Source of the DNA: a virus
DNA: 64,000 nt
Virus record (IMG/VR): IMGVR_UViG_3300020183_000053
Location: 1 to 64,000 of that record
Strand: one strand, 5' to 3'
How positions within the stretch are numbered: position 1 is the stretch's first letter; every line of letters begins with the position of its first letter. The notes beneath the pieces were generated by a model, which worked only from the letters and a program-made list of their open reading frames with translations, ran no database searches and was not told the DNA's origin. Positions 8,281 to 17,320 of the stretch are shown here, piece after piece. A program made the translations under genes and the position numbers.

Positions 8281-8811
8281 TCAGTGGCCCTCTGGCGCAG
8301 GTGGCCATTCGGGCAGGCCACGCACCACCCGCTGCAGGCGCTGCACCAGCGGCACCAGCTCGCGCACCATCCTCCGCGCAGCCGGATGCTGGGCCACCAG
8401 CAGGTACGCCACCGCGTCCAGCAGCTCGGGCAGCGCCTCGTCCAGCCCCTGCGCCCAGGGTGCCCGCAGCACGGTGCCGTACCTGCCACGCCCCAGCTGG
8501 GCGCGCGCCGCAAGGTCGGCCAGCACCTGCGGCGGCAGCCCCTCGTCCAGCGCCAGCTGCAGCGCGGTCGGGCCTGTCAGCTGGTCGCACGGCACCGTGG
8601 CGCGGGTGGCGGCTGGTGTGGGCGGCAGGGTGCACGCAGCCTGCTCGGCACGTGCCTCGGCGCCCGCCTCGGTGCGCAGGCACGCACGGCAGGACACCGC
8701 CAGCAGGTCGGCAGCCAGCCCGTCCTCGTCGGCTGTGCGCCCGCAGGCAGTGGCCCAGGGCGACCACGGGGCGGGTCCGGTCGGGGTGGTGGCAAGGTGC
8801 AGCACGGTCAT
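8281..8811 (-). CDS. Hypothetical protein, possible MazG-like nucleotide pyrophosphatase C-terminus
   Basis: R..LG..RYGT.L....LDEA..ELLDA..YL pattern; adjacent to dUTPase. Confidence 0.4.
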   Translation of the reverse strand: MTVLHLATTPTGPAPWSPWATACGRTADEDGLAADLLAVSCRACLRTEAGAEARAEQAACTLPPTPAATRATVPCDQLTGPTALQLALDEGLPPQVLADLAARAQLGRGRYGTVLRAPWAQGLDEALPELLDAVAYLLVAQHPAARRMVRELVPLVQRLQRVVRGLPEWPPAPEGH

Positions 8812-9272
8812 GCGCGGCCCGTGCTGCCGAAGCCACCAGCGCCGCGCGTGGTGTCCTGCAGGTCATCGGTGGGCAGGAACACAGCGCGCCGCACAGGTGC
8901 GAGCACCAGCTGGGCCACGCGCTCCCCGCGCGACAGGCGCACCTCTACGCTGCCGTGATTGACCAGCAGCACCTGCACCTCGCCACGGAAGTCCGCGTCA
9001 ATGGTGCCCGGTGCGTTCAGCACGGTGATGCCGTGGCGCAGCGCCAGCCCACTGCGCGGGCGCACCTGCGCCTCCACGTCGGCGGGTAGCTCCAGCCGCA
9101 GCCCGGTGGGCACCAGCGCCCGCGCACCGGGCGGCAGCACCACCTCGGCGGCAGCGTACAGGTCCGCACCTGCGGACAGCTCGGTGGCATAGGTGGGCAG
9201 CGACAGGCCAGCGGCGTGCGGCAGCTGCTGCACCAGCACGTGCGTGGTGGGTGGGCGTTGCGGCAAGTTCAT
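8808..9272 (-). CDS. dut: Trimeric dUTPase
   Basis: All five motifs present: [44 protein letters not shown]. Confidence 0.95.
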   Translation of the reverse strand: MNLPQRPPTTHVLVQQLPHAAGLSLPTYATELSAGADLYAAAEVVLPPGARALVPTGLRLELPADVEAQVRPRSGLALRHGITVLNAPGTIDADFRGEVQVLLVNHGSVEVRLSRGERVAQLVLAPVRRAVFLPTDDLQDTTRGAGGFGSTGRA

Positions 9273-9529
9273 CCCCCTGCAGCCCTGGCGGCTGCCGTGA
9301 TTGCGCGCTGCGCGCGCGTGAGTGTGCCGTTGAAGCACCTGCGGCACTGTGCACAGGCGCCCGCCGCACTGTCCCTCGGCTTCGCCGGGTCACACAGTTC
9401 GTGCAGCGGGCACACCACTGCGGCGGGCTGTACGGCTCCGCTGGCGTTTCGCTGGCGTGCTGCTCGCGCCACAGCCTGCGCGCCCGCGCGAACCAGCTCT
9501 CGCGCTTGCCGCCTGTCACGGGTGCCCAC
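9269..9529 (-). CDS. Small Cys-containing hypothetical protein
   Basis: Coupled to dut; CPLH..C...CAQCRRC. Confidence 0.4.
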   Translation of the reverse strand: MGTRDRRQARELVRAGAQAVARAARQRNASGAVQPAAVVCPLHELCDPAKPRDSAAGACAQCRRCFNGTLTRAQRAITAAARAAGG

Positions 9530-9929
9530 CCGGTAGGCAGTGCAGCGCCGCCAGCGCCAGCGCCTCACCCAGCGTGCCAGCACACCACTCGCCCAGCTCG
9601 GGGTCAATGTGCGCCACGTACTGGTCGCACGCGCCTGGATGCGTGTGGGTGTGCCACGCCGTGTCCTGCTCCCACAGCTGGGCCAGGAGCAGGGCTGCGG
9701 TGGCGTGGTCATCCAGCGCGGGCACACACACTGCCGCAGCCATCGTCAGCTGCACCTCGCCGCGCGACACAGCCACCCGCAGGCGCAGGTGCGCACCGCG
9801 CCGCTGCACCTGGGTGTGGCCCACCACCCGCAGCAGGTCGGCGCAGCCTGTGGTGCGCACCGCGCTGCCCACAGGCCAGCGATACCACTCCGCACGTGCC
9901 ACCCTGTCACGCAGTGTCAGCTCCTGCAC
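9516..9929 (-). CDS. Hypothetical protein
   Basis: VQELTLRDRVARAEWYRW..., GGAGG RBS. Confidence 0.55.
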   Translation of the reverse strand: MQELTLRDRVARAEWYRWPVGSAVRTTGCADLLRVVGHTQVQRRGAHLRLRVAVSRGEVQLTMAAAVCVPALDDHATAALLLAQLWEQDTAWHTHTHPGACDQYVAHIDPELGEWCAGTLGEALALAALHCLPGGHP

Positions 9930-10246
9930 CGTACCCTCCGCGCCCGCACCTGCTGCTCGCCCAGGGCGCGCGCCTGGGTGGTGCTGGCCACCAGCAGGTC
10001 CAGGTGCCTGTCTGCTCCTGCCTTGCGCCGGGTGCTCGGCCCCAGCCGGTCGGCCACCTGCACGCTGCGCCAGCGGCCACCTATCTCCACCTCCAGGCAG
10101 GTGCCCAGCGGCCACGCTGTGCTCGTGGCCACCACGCCCAGGCGGTGGTCGGCCTTGCGTCCATCGGCCATCACGCCGCTGCAGCCCGTGCACGTGGCTG
10201 TATAGGCTGTGAGCTTCGCCACGAAAATCAGCCCCATCGCGGTCAT
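9917..10246 (-). CDS. 3D-domain (DPBB) protein, putative cell-wall hydrolase
   Basis: LTAYT..C.GCSG.MADG, VVAT...PLGT, V.VADR.G, HLDLLV...A..LG is the 3D-domain pattern. Confidence 0.7.
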   Translation of the reverse strand: MTAMGLIFVAKLTAYTATCTGCSGVMADGRKADHRLGVVATSTAWPLGTCLEVEIGGRWRSVQVADRLGPSTRRKAGADRHLDLLVASTTQARALGEQQVRARRVRCRS

Positions 10247-10265
10247 GCGCCCTCCAGGCTGACGG

Positions 10266-10685
10266 CTACGCCAGCGGGCCGCTGCGTGCCAGCAGCCCCT
10301 GCACCGTGGCCAGGGTGCCGCGCACCGACTTCGGGTTCAGGTCGCGGGTCATCGCGTAGCTGGCCAGCGCCCAGCACAGCTCGTCCACCACCTGGGCAGG
10401 CTTCGCGCCTGCTGCCTCTGCGGCCTCCACCTGCAGCAGCAGCCGGTGGTGCAGCTGGGCGGCCTGCGCGGGCGGTGCGGGTGCTGGTGCAGGTGCGGCT
10501 GCAGCCGCAGGCGGCGCAGCGGCTGCCCGCAGCCCCTCGGCCACCGCGCCCAGGAACACAGCACCCAGCGCCTGGGCCAGCTGCTGGCGTGCTTCGTCAC
10601 TATCTGGGCGGGCGGCTGTGCCTTCCGCCACTGCCCGCAGGTGGTCCAGGGCGCGCTGGTGCTCGGGGCTGAGGCGGCTACGCAT
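10266..10685 (-). CDS. Hypothetical protein
   Basis: MRSRLSPEHQRALDHL..., GGAGG RBS. Confidence 0.55.
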   Translation of the reverse strand: MRSRLSPEHQRALDHLRAVAEGTAARPDSDEARQQLAQALGAVFLGAVAEGLRAAAAPPAAAAAPAPAPAPPAQAAQLHHRLLLQVEAAEAAGAKPAQVVDELCWALASYAMTRDLNPKSVRGTLATVQGLLARSGPLA

Positions 10686-11103
10686 CGGCCACCTCGCGCT
10701 CGGGCGGCAGGCCGCAGTGGTCGCGCAGCATGGCGCGACGTGCTGGGCCAGGGTCCAGCACCACGAACCCGTGGCCAGCCACCTCGGCGACCACCAGCGG
10801 CACACCAGCCAGCACGTGCCAGCGGGTGCGCTGCTCCAGCCACCACGTGGCGGGCTGGTCGGGGTCTGCCAGCGGGTTCGGCGCCAGACCCACCCAGCAG
10901 CTGCGGTCCACGCGCAGCTGGGCGCCGCCCAGCTCTGGCGGCATCTGCAGCCAGTCGGGCGACAGGCTTGGGTCCATCACCACCTCCCCGCCTGCACCCG
11001 TGCTCACCGCCTCGCCCACTCGCCTGCTCGTCCACACTGTGTCCACCGCTGCCTCCAGCGGGCGCTGGGTGCGCCCGTGCGTACTGGTATAGGGTAGCAC
11101 CAC
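10678..11103 (-). CDS. Hypothetical protein
   Basis: 141-aa ORF between dpdA and the downstream gene; start uncertain. Confidence 0.5.
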   Translation of the reverse strand: MVLPYTSTHGRTQRPLEAAVDTVWTSRRVGEAVSTGAGGEVVMDPSLSPDWLQMPPELGGAQLRVDRSCWVGLAPNPLADPDQPATWWLEQRTRWHVLAGVPLVVAEVAGHGFVVLDPGPARRAMLRDHCGLPPEREVADA

Positions 11104-11115
11104 CGTCCGCGCACG

Positions 11116-12057
11116 TTATGGGTGGTGCGTCTGCACAATGCGCTGCAGCACGGTAGGGTCAGCGGCCCACTGCGCCATCATTGGCAGCACGTGGTGCCCC
11201 ATGCCCCAGTCTGAGACATACAGGGTGCGGAGGGTAGGGTTCCATTCGCTTAGAGCGGTAGCCACAGCCATCAGCCCAGCCCGCAGGAGCTGACCCCACT
11301 GCGGGTGACCGTTGCGGCCCACCACGAAGGCGTTCGCCAGCACGCTCACGTCTACGCCCAGGCGCTGCAGGTGCTCGGCCTGCACACCTGTCAGCTCGCT
11401 CAGCGGCACGTTGCGCAGCTTTCCGTCCCTATAGATGGGGAGCGTTCTGAAACGTGTACCTGACGCAAAGCTGGTCGCGTCTACGCTGTCCCACGTGTAG
11501 CCGCGCACCAGCTTTTCGGCGTTGATGCCGAACCCGTGTGTGCGCAGACCCAGGCGGCAGCACGCTGGCATCACCGCAGCCAGCCACCTGTCCGCGTCAG
11601 CGTCGGTGTAGCCGTGCAGCTTGCGCAGCTGTGACGTGATCCCGCCGATGGCGATGCGTTGCGCACCGATGGCTGCGTACCGCTCCACCCAGGCGGGGTC
11701 TGTTCCGAGGTGAATAGTGGGCATGGCGTTCTCTACGCCCGCTTCAACCATGCTGCGATGGTTCGCATAGGTGACTGCGGGGTTTCCCACCACGTCAAGG
11801 CTGGCACACCAGTCGGCGCACCTCCACTTCTCACCTGCGCGCAGGAAAGACGTGTAGGCGAGCAGAGACACGGGCTGACCAGTGGTGGCCACGCTGAAGG
11901 CACCACTGTCAAAAACAAGCGGCACACCGTCCGTCGCCGCTGTGCGCGCCTGGGTCCACAGCTTTGGGTTCTGGCGAATGGCGGCATAGCTCACCAGCCA
12001 CCCTACCCGCAGCGTATGGACGCCTGTGCGGTCGCTTGGAGTGTGAATAGTGATCAC
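11116..12057 (-). CDS. dpdA: DpdA-like 7-deazaguanine DNA transglycosylase (TGT fold)
   Basis: VFDSGAFS, SLDVVG, PTIHLG, IAIGG, THGFG, DSVDATSF motifs; GTGA-coupled to queC. Confidence 0.85.
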   Translation of the reverse strand: MITIHTPSDRTGVHTLRVGWLVSYAAIRQNPKLWTQARTAATDGVPLVFDSGAFSVATTGQPVSLLAYTSFLRAGEKWRCADWCASLDVVGNPAVTYANHRSMVEAGVENAMPTIHLGTDPAWVERYAAIGAQRIAIGGITSQLRKLHGYTDADADRWLAAVMPACCRLGLRTHGFGINAEKLVRGYTWDSVDATSFASGTRFRTLPIYRDGKLRNVPLSELTGVQAEHLQRLGVDVSVLANAFVVGRNGHPQWGQLLRAGLMAVATALSEWNPTLRTLYVSDWGMGHHVLPMMAQWAADPTVLQRIVQTHHP

Positions 12058-12770
12058 GGACACTGCAGCAGTGGGTCGCGCACCCCGGCCTGCGCGAAGC
12101 CACGAGCGCGCAGGAGGCAGGCATGGCACTGACCACAGGGCGGCGTCTGCCCGGCGTAGCACGTGTGAGACACCGCCAGGGCGTCCATACAGCCCTGCAG
12201 CGTTGTCGCCAGCCGCACCGAGGCGGCCTTGTCCAGCCGCATCAGTGGCGTCAGCACAGGCAGCCAGTGGTCCCGGCCGACCACCGCCTGGGCGATGGCT
12301 TCTTCTGCCGCATCCACGAATGTCCGCCTGCAATCGAAGTATCCCCCGAAGTCTTCCTCGCACACGCCAGTCACCAGCGCGTCCGCCTTCACCGCCGCTG
12401 CCCGATTGGCAGCCAGTGTCAGGAATAGCAGGTTCCGTCCCGGTACGAACGTCGGCTCTACACCACCGGGCAGGTCGTCAGCATTCGCGTACAGACCCAG
12501 CGGCGCGTCACTCACCAGCGGGCTGGTGCCGACCAGCACGCGGCCCATCTGCACCTCCTCGTGCCGCAGCACCACGCGAGGATAGTGCGCCTGCGCCACC
12601 TGCAGCACCGCCCTGGCAGCACGCAGCTCCGCGTCATGGCGCTGGCCGTACCACACCGACAGTGCGTGCACCTCACTGGCGCCAGCGTCCAGCGCCCAGA
12701 ACAGGCACGTGGTGCTATCCTGGCCACCCGACAGCAGCAGCACCACCCGTTTCCCAGTTAGGTCCATCAT
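12054..12770 (-). CDS. queC: 7-cyano-7-deazaguanine synthase
   Basis: LLSGGQDSTT, YGQRH..EL, TFVPGRN, DCR..F, TCY...CGQCHAC.LR. Confidence 0.95.
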   Translation of the reverse strand: MMDLTGKRVVLLLSGGQDSTTCLFWALDAGASEVHALSVWYGQRHDAELRAARAVLQVAQAHYPRVVLRHEEVQMGRVLVGTSPLVSDAPLGLYANADDLPGGVEPTFVPGRNLLFLTLAANRAAAVKADALVTGVCEEDFGGYFDCRRTFVDAAEEAIAQAVVGRDHWLPVLTPLMRLDKAASVRLATTLQGCMDALAVSHTCYAGQTPPCGQCHACLLRARGFAQAGVRDPLLQCP

Positions 12771-13201
12771 TATTCCCCCTTACGCCAGTCTGCCCAGCAG
12801 TTCGGCGTTTCATAGACCCGCACGTGTGTCACCGCGATGCCGTACCCGTGCAGCAGCTGCCCAGCTGTGTGTCCGACCAGCCGGGCTATATTCTCGGCGG
12901 TGGGTTCGCCGTATTCGCGCGGCATCGCATAGGTTTTCTGGCCACGTTCCACCAGAAAGGCCCCCACAGGGTCATCGGGGTGGTGGGCATACCCGTGGTC
13001 CAGCGCCTCGTCCAGCCACGTGCCGACCACCTGCTTCACCACCGAAAAGTCAACCACGCGGCCCACCGCGTCCAGCGCAGGTGCTGCGCACGTGACCTCG
13101 ATACCGTAGCGGTGCCCGTGCACGTGTGCGCACTTGCTTTCATGGCGCATCACACGGTGGCCCACGTCAATCCCGAAAATGCGGGTGCAGGTCGTACCCA
13201 T
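12770..13201 (-). CDS. queD: 6-carboxy-5,6,7,8-tetrahydropterin synthase
   Basis: GHR...HESKC.HVHGHRY, VVDF, LDH, PTAENIA, VYETP. Confidence 0.95.
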   Translation of the reverse strand: MGTTCTRIFGIDVGHRVMRHESKCAHVHGHRYGIEVTCAAPALDAVGRVVDFSVVKQVVGTWLDEALDHGYAHHPDDPVGAFLVERGQKTYAMPREYGEPTAENIARLVGHTAGQLLHGYGIAVTHVRVYETPNCWADWRKGE

Positions 13202-13797
13202 CACGCCCCCCTGGGCAGCGGTTCACACAGGTGCCAGAACTCGGCGCGCACCTCGTGCTGCCGGAAGGCGCCCAGCAGCACCTCGGTGGTCATGGTGCCA
13301 GTCTTGCGCACACCACGGCAGGCCATGCAGTGGTGCACGGCGCGCACACGCACACCCACCCCACGCGCGTGCAGGTGCGCAGCCAGCGCGTCGGCCACCT
13401 GCTGCGTCAGCCGTTCCTGCACCTGCAGGCGCCGTGCATACAGGTCCACCAGTCGGGCCAGCTTGGAAACACCCACCACCAGACCAGTGGTCCCTGGCAG
13501 GTAGCCCACGTCGGCCACACCAGTGAACGGCAGCATATGGTGCTCGCAGACGCTGTGAAACGGAATGTCGGCCAGCACGATCATCTGGTCGTAGCCACCC
13601 ACTTCCGAGAACCCAGCGTCCCCGGTGCTCGTACTGAGCACGTCGCCCGGCTGCAGGTTCATTCCCTCCAGCATCTCGCTCCACGCCTTGGCCACCCGTT
13701 CGGGCGTGCCACGCAGCCCCTCCCGGTGCACGTCCTCACCCACTGCGGTCAGCAGTGCCCGCACCGCGTCGGCGGCAGCTTGTTTGTCACTTGTCAT
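13201..13797 (-). CDS. folE: GTP cyclohydrolase I
   Basis: REGLRGTPERVA, SVCEHHMLPF, GVSKLAR, RRLQVQERLT, HHCMACRGV. Confidence 0.95.
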   Translation of the reverse strand: MTSDKQAAADAVRALLTAVGEDVHREGLRGTPERVAKAWSEMLEGMNLQPGDVLSTSTGDAGFSEVGGYDQMIVLADIPFHSVCEHHMLPFTGVADVGYLPGTTGLVVGVSKLARLVDLYARRLQVQERLTQQVADALAAHLHARGVGVRVRAVHHCMACRGVRKTGTMTTEVLLGAFRQHEVRAEFWHLCEPLPRGA

Positions 13798-14456
13798 GAT
13801 AGCTCCAGCAGCTTGTGAACCTGCGCCGAAACACGCCAGCCCAGGCGTGCAGCCAGCGCCAGCGCGGGCTGCACCGCGCCGGGTCCGGTCCCGATGTCAA
13901 GGGGCTGGACGAAGCGGTGCACGAACGACCACTCACCCATGCGGCGCAGCTCGTCCTCGGACCACTGCGGGTCCACCACCTTCAGGTCAGTGCCTTGCCT
14001 GACCACCACGTGCTGCAGCGTATCAGCGCCGGGCTGGCGCAGTGCTTTCGGGGATACCGTTACGTGCTGAACAGCCTGCAGGGCATCAGCACGCACGGTC
14101 CCGTTCGTTTCCACAGCCACCCACACGCGCGCAGCACGCAGGCCCTCAATCAGTGCTTCGCCCGCCAGCGTGCGCAGCTGCAGGCACGGCTCGCCGCCGG
14201 ATACCACCACGAACGGGCGGCGCCACCCGTCGCACAGGCGCAGCACAGTGTCCACCACCTCCTGCGGCTCGTAGCGCGTGCCACGGGCGAAGTCGGTGTC
14301 ACACCACGCGGCGCACGCACCAGCACCTGCATCCCGAAGGTGCGGCAGCCCGCTCCACAGGTTGCAGCCAGCGAGGCGCACGAACACTGCAGGAACTCCT
14401 GCCATGCTGCCCTCACCCTGCATCGTGGCGAACACCTCCCGAACGTACACAGTCAT
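13794..14456 (-). CDS. queE: 7-carboxy-7-deazaguanine synthase (radical SAM)
   Basis: EVFATMQGEG, FVRLAGCNLW-x-CAAWCDTDF (CX14CX2C-like variant), SGGEP, ETNGT, VSPK, QVHK. Confidence 0.95.
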   Translation of the reverse strand: MTVYVREVFATMQGEGSMAGVPAVFVRLAGCNLWSGLPHLRDAGAGACAAWCDTDFARGTRYEPQEVVDTVLRLCDGWRRPFVVVSGGEPCLQLRTLAGEALIEGLRAARVWVAVETNGTVRADALQAVQHVTVSPKALRQPGADTLQHVVVRQGTDLKVVDPQWSEDELRRMGEWSFVHRFVQPLDIGTGPGAVQPALALAARLGWRVSAQVHKLLELS

Positions 14457-15175
14457 GCGCCCGCCTGTGCGAGCACCGCCCGCTGCACCGTGTCGGTGAT
14501 ATTGTCGGTGCCGTACTGGTCAGCCAGCTTGCGCACGGCCATCTGGAACGGTTCCATCGTCTCGTCGTTGAGGAACAGCTGCACCACGCGCACCGCGCTG
14601 GTGGGCATCGGTGCCGGCGCCGCGCCGGGCGGCAGCACGCTCCCAGCAGCGGCGCCTGCGCCAGTGGGTGCGGCAGCAGGCACAGCTCCACCGGACGGAG
14701 CCAGCGCCGCAGCCTGCGGGTCAGCGACGGGTGCCTCGGCAACGTATGCCGCCACCAGCGCGTCCAGCTCTGCGGTAGAGAACCCGAGGTCGTCCACGTT
14801 GAAGGACGTGTCCAGTGCCGACAGGTCCGCAAGGTGCCGCGCCAGCACAGCCTCGTCCCAGCCCGCCAGCTCCCCGGTGCGGTTCAGCGCGATGGATAGC
14901 TTGCGGGCCTCTGTGTCGCTCACGTCCAGCAGCGCCACGCGGGCAGCCGTCCAGCCCAGGCTGCGCATGGCCTCGGCGCGCCCGTTCCCACCGATCACCA
15001 TCATCGTGGCCTTCTGCACCAGCAGCGGCTCCACCTGCCCGTGGTCGCGCAGGCTGGCGGCGATGGCCGCGAGGTTCCGCTTGTCATGTGTGCGCGGATT
15101 GGCAGGGTCAGGCCGCAGTTCTGCCAGCGGCACGGTGGTCAGGTTCAGCTCGGCGGTGGGCATCGGTTGCTCCAT
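14453..15175 (-). CDS. ParB/Srx N-terminal domain protein
   Basis: L.PDPANPRTH, IAASLRDHGQVEPLLV, IGGNGR..A, ALNRTGELAGWD; directly upstream of queE. Confidence 0.8.
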   Translation of the reverse strand: MEQPMPTAELNLTTVPLAELRPDPANPRTHDKRNLAAIAASLRDHGQVEPLLVQKATMMVIGGNGRAEAMRSLGWTAARVALLDVSDTEARKLSIALNRTGELAGWDEAVLARHLADLSALDTSFNVDDLGFSTAELDALVAAYVAEAPVADPQAAALAPSGGAVPAAAPTGAGAAAGSVLPPGAAPAPMPTSAVRVVQLFLNDETMEPFQMAVRKLADQYGTDNITDTVQRAVLAQAGA

Positions 15176-15462
15176 CAGTGGGTGAGGCTGGCCACCAGCG
15201 CGCCCACAGCCGCGCCAGTGGCGCAGGCCAGCGACGCCAGCAGGTACAGGTGGCGGGGGACCAGCAGGGCGGCCTGCGGGCGAGGCGGTGCCAGCACCAG
15301 CAGCAGCTCGGTGCGGTCACCTCTGGCTGCTGGCAGGCTGGCCACCACGTGCCAGCCCTCGGCCAGCAGGGACGCCAGCGCCGGGCTGCGCACGCTGGCC
15401 TCTGGATCGTCCATCGGCAGTGCCAGCACAGTGGCGCGCTCGGGCACAGCCGGGCCGCTCAC
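15175..15462 (-). CDS. Hypothetical protein with C-terminal hydrophobic segment
   Basis: GTGA-coupled; ...HLYLLASLACATGAAVGALVASL. Confidence 0.5.
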   Translation of the reverse strand: MSGPAVPERATVLALPMDDPEASVRSPALASLLAEGWHVVASLPAARGDRTELLLVLAPPRPQAALLVPRHLYLLASLACATGAAVGALVASLTH

Positions 15463-15734
15463 AGCGGCACCGTGGCGGGCTGGTGGCTGGGCACACAGTC
15501 CTGCCCAGCCACCAGCCCGCGCACCACGCCGTGCACCTGCACCCACACGATGCGCTCGTTTCGGTGCGCAGCGGCGTGCTGCGCCTCCATCCTCTGGTAT
15601 TCCTTGAAGTCGCGGGGTGCCGCCTGGGCCAGCGTGGTGCCTTGCACCACGTCGCCAGCCTCCAGCACCACCTGCTCCCTCGTGCCACCGTTGAGCATGA
15701 ACGTCACCCTCCGCTGCACCCTGTAGGTCGTCAC
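15459..15734 (-). CDS. Hypothetical protein
   Basis: MTTYRVQRRVTFMLNGG...; coupled to the next gene. Confidence 0.6.
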   Translation of the reverse strand: MTTYRVQRRVTFMLNGGTREQVVLEAGDVVQGTTLAQAAPRDFKEYQRMEAQHAAAHRNERIVWVQVHGVVRGLVAGQDCVPSHQPATVPL

Positions 15735-15756
15735 CGCTGCCCCGTTATCACACCGC

Positions 15757-16632
15757 TCACGCCTCTGCCGTTACGCCAGAGAGCTGCGCGATGGCGTGCT
15801 CCAGGGCTGTGTCCCACACTGCGGGAACCAGCTCCCAGCTGTAGTCGGGCAGCGCCTGCAGCTGCTGCTGGGCATACAGGGTGCCGATGGCGGTGATCAC
15901 GTCGTGCCAGCTTGCGCGCACGCCAGCATCTTCGCACCGCTCCACGTACTCCTGCACCAGCGCACCCAGGCTGTCGCCGGGCGGCGCAGTCACGTCCAGC
16001 ACGGTGGCGGGGCGCCCTGCGCCCAGGTCCAGCTCCACCACGGTGTCCAGGCACTCCACCCGCAGCGCGGTGCCGTCCTGGGCCACCACCACACCAGCCA
16101 CCACCTCCGCGCCCTGCTGCACCACCACCAGCCGCCCCACCAGCCCACCAGCCGCAGGGTGCGCACCTGCACCCACCGCCTGGGCCACCGACAGCCGGGC
16201 AGCGTGCTGGGTGCGCAGGCGCACCTGCAGCACCTCGTCCAGCTGGTACACCACGTCGGTGGCAGCACGCTCCAGCAGCCCGTGCACACGCACACGCACC
16301 ACCAGCACCGCCTGCGCTGCTGTCACGCTCACGGTGGCCTGCCGCACCTCGGCGTGGCCACGCGCAAGGTGGCGCCCGTCCTCGGCAGCCAGCTCCACCG
16401 CGCACAGGTCGAACCCGCCGCTGGTGCTGGCCTTGCCCCGCGCACCGTCGCCACCGCTGGCGAACGCACGCGCCGCACCGGGCACGTAGCTGTCCACCAG
16501 TGCAGCGGCCTGCTCGTCAGGCACGTCCAGCGACAGGTCGTAGTCCCACACGATGCCCGCACCATCTCGGCGGGGCGTGGCGCGTACCAGTCGCATCACG
16601 GCGCTGGTCGGCAGGTTGCGCAGGTCAAGCAT
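15757..16632 (-). CDS. Hypothetical protein (291 aa)
   Basis: Long ORF with genome-typical codon usage and GGAG RBS. Confidence 0.7.
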   Translation of the reverse strand: MLDLRNLPTSAVMRLVRATPRRDGAGIVWDYDLSLDVPDEQAAALVDSYVPGAARAFASGGDGARGKASTSGGFDLCAVELAAEDGRHLARGHAEVRQATVSVTAAQAVLVVRVRVHGLLERAATDVVYQLDEVLQVRLRTQHAARLSVAQAVGAGAHPAAGGLVGRLVVVQQGAEVVAGVVVAQDGTALRVECLDTVVELDLGAGRPATVLDVTAPPGDSLGALVQEYVERCEDAGVRASWHDVITAIGTLYAQQQLQALPDYSWELVPAVWDTALEHAIAQLSGVTAEA

Positions 16633-16680
16633 CAGCTCTCCGCGCTTGTCATAGGGCCGAAGCGCCAGCGGCGCACAGGG

Positions 16681-17193
16681 TCAGCCGTTCGGGCTGCGTA
16701 GCAGGCGCACCAGCAGCAGCGACCACAGCAGCCCGCCGACCACCTTGGCGCTCGCCTGCGCGGCCACCAGCAGCGGCGGCGCATCCCCGAACGCTACAAG
16801 CTGAAACACCAGCGAGTCCACCGCCGCCCCTGCCACGTTACTGGCGTTCACCCGCAGCAGGCGCCCCTGCTGCCGCAGGCGGTGCAGCACCACGCTGTCG
16901 GCCACGCCAGCCACAAGGAACGCCGCCGCGCTGGCAGCCGCCACGCGGTCGGCCCGCTCCAGCACCAGCGCGGTCAGCAGCGATCCCGACAGCACCAGCG
17001 CGCCCAGGCGCAGCACCAGCTGCTGCCCGGTCCACCGCTCCTGCAGCACGTCCTTCACCGTCAGGTCAAGGGGAATGACCAGCCAGGACGACACCAGCGC
17101 CGCCGGTCGCCCCCACAGCACCACAGCCACGTTCGCGGCCACGATGCTGGCAAGGTAGGCGGCCACGAGGGGTCTGCTTTGCGGGCTGGTCAT
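16681..17193 (-). CDS. yhhQ: VUT/YhhQ-family queuosine-precursor transporter
   Basis: Multi-TM; YLASIVAAN, DLTVKDVLQE, AASAAAFLVA...D, SN..GAAVDS.VF..VAFG, K..GG..W; close to the que cluster. Confidence 0.8.
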   Translation of the reverse strand: MTSPQSRPLVAAYLASIVAANVAVVLWGRPAALVSSWLVIPLDLTVKDVLQERWTGQQLVLRLGALVLSGSLLTALVLERADRVAAASAAAFLVAGVADSVVLHRLRQQGRLLRVNASNVAGAAVDSLVFQLVAFGDAPPLLVAAQASAKVVGGLLWSLLLVRLLRSPNG

Positions 17194-17199
17194 CGGGTG

Positions 17200-17208
17200 A
17201 CTGTAGCA
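17200..17208 (-). promoter_or_regulatory. Extended -10-like promoter (TGcTACAGT)
   Basis: TGnTAnnnT ending 7 nt upstream of the yhhQ ATG (possibly a leaderless mRNA). Confidence 0.4.
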
Positions 17209-17320
17209 CGCACCGTGCAGCCCCGTTTTCGGGGCTACAGCGCGCGCGGCGCTCCCAGCAGGCCCAGCCACCTCCCCGCGTCCCGCGCGCGCCCTGTGGG
17301 CGGTTTTTGGCCCCTGTAGG

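Noticed and set aside
4970-8290. Repeats as a CRISPR array; nuclease 23267..24691 as Cas4
   Set aside because: The repeats are degenerate and separated by whole genes; no cas1/cas2. The nuclease sits in a typical phage nuclease-ATPase-SSB recombination module.
11116-12057. TGT-like gene as a tRNA-guanine transglycosylase
   Set aside because: It lacks the C-terminal CxCxxC...H zinc site of tRNA TGTs, and the phage context with preQ0 genes fits DpdA.
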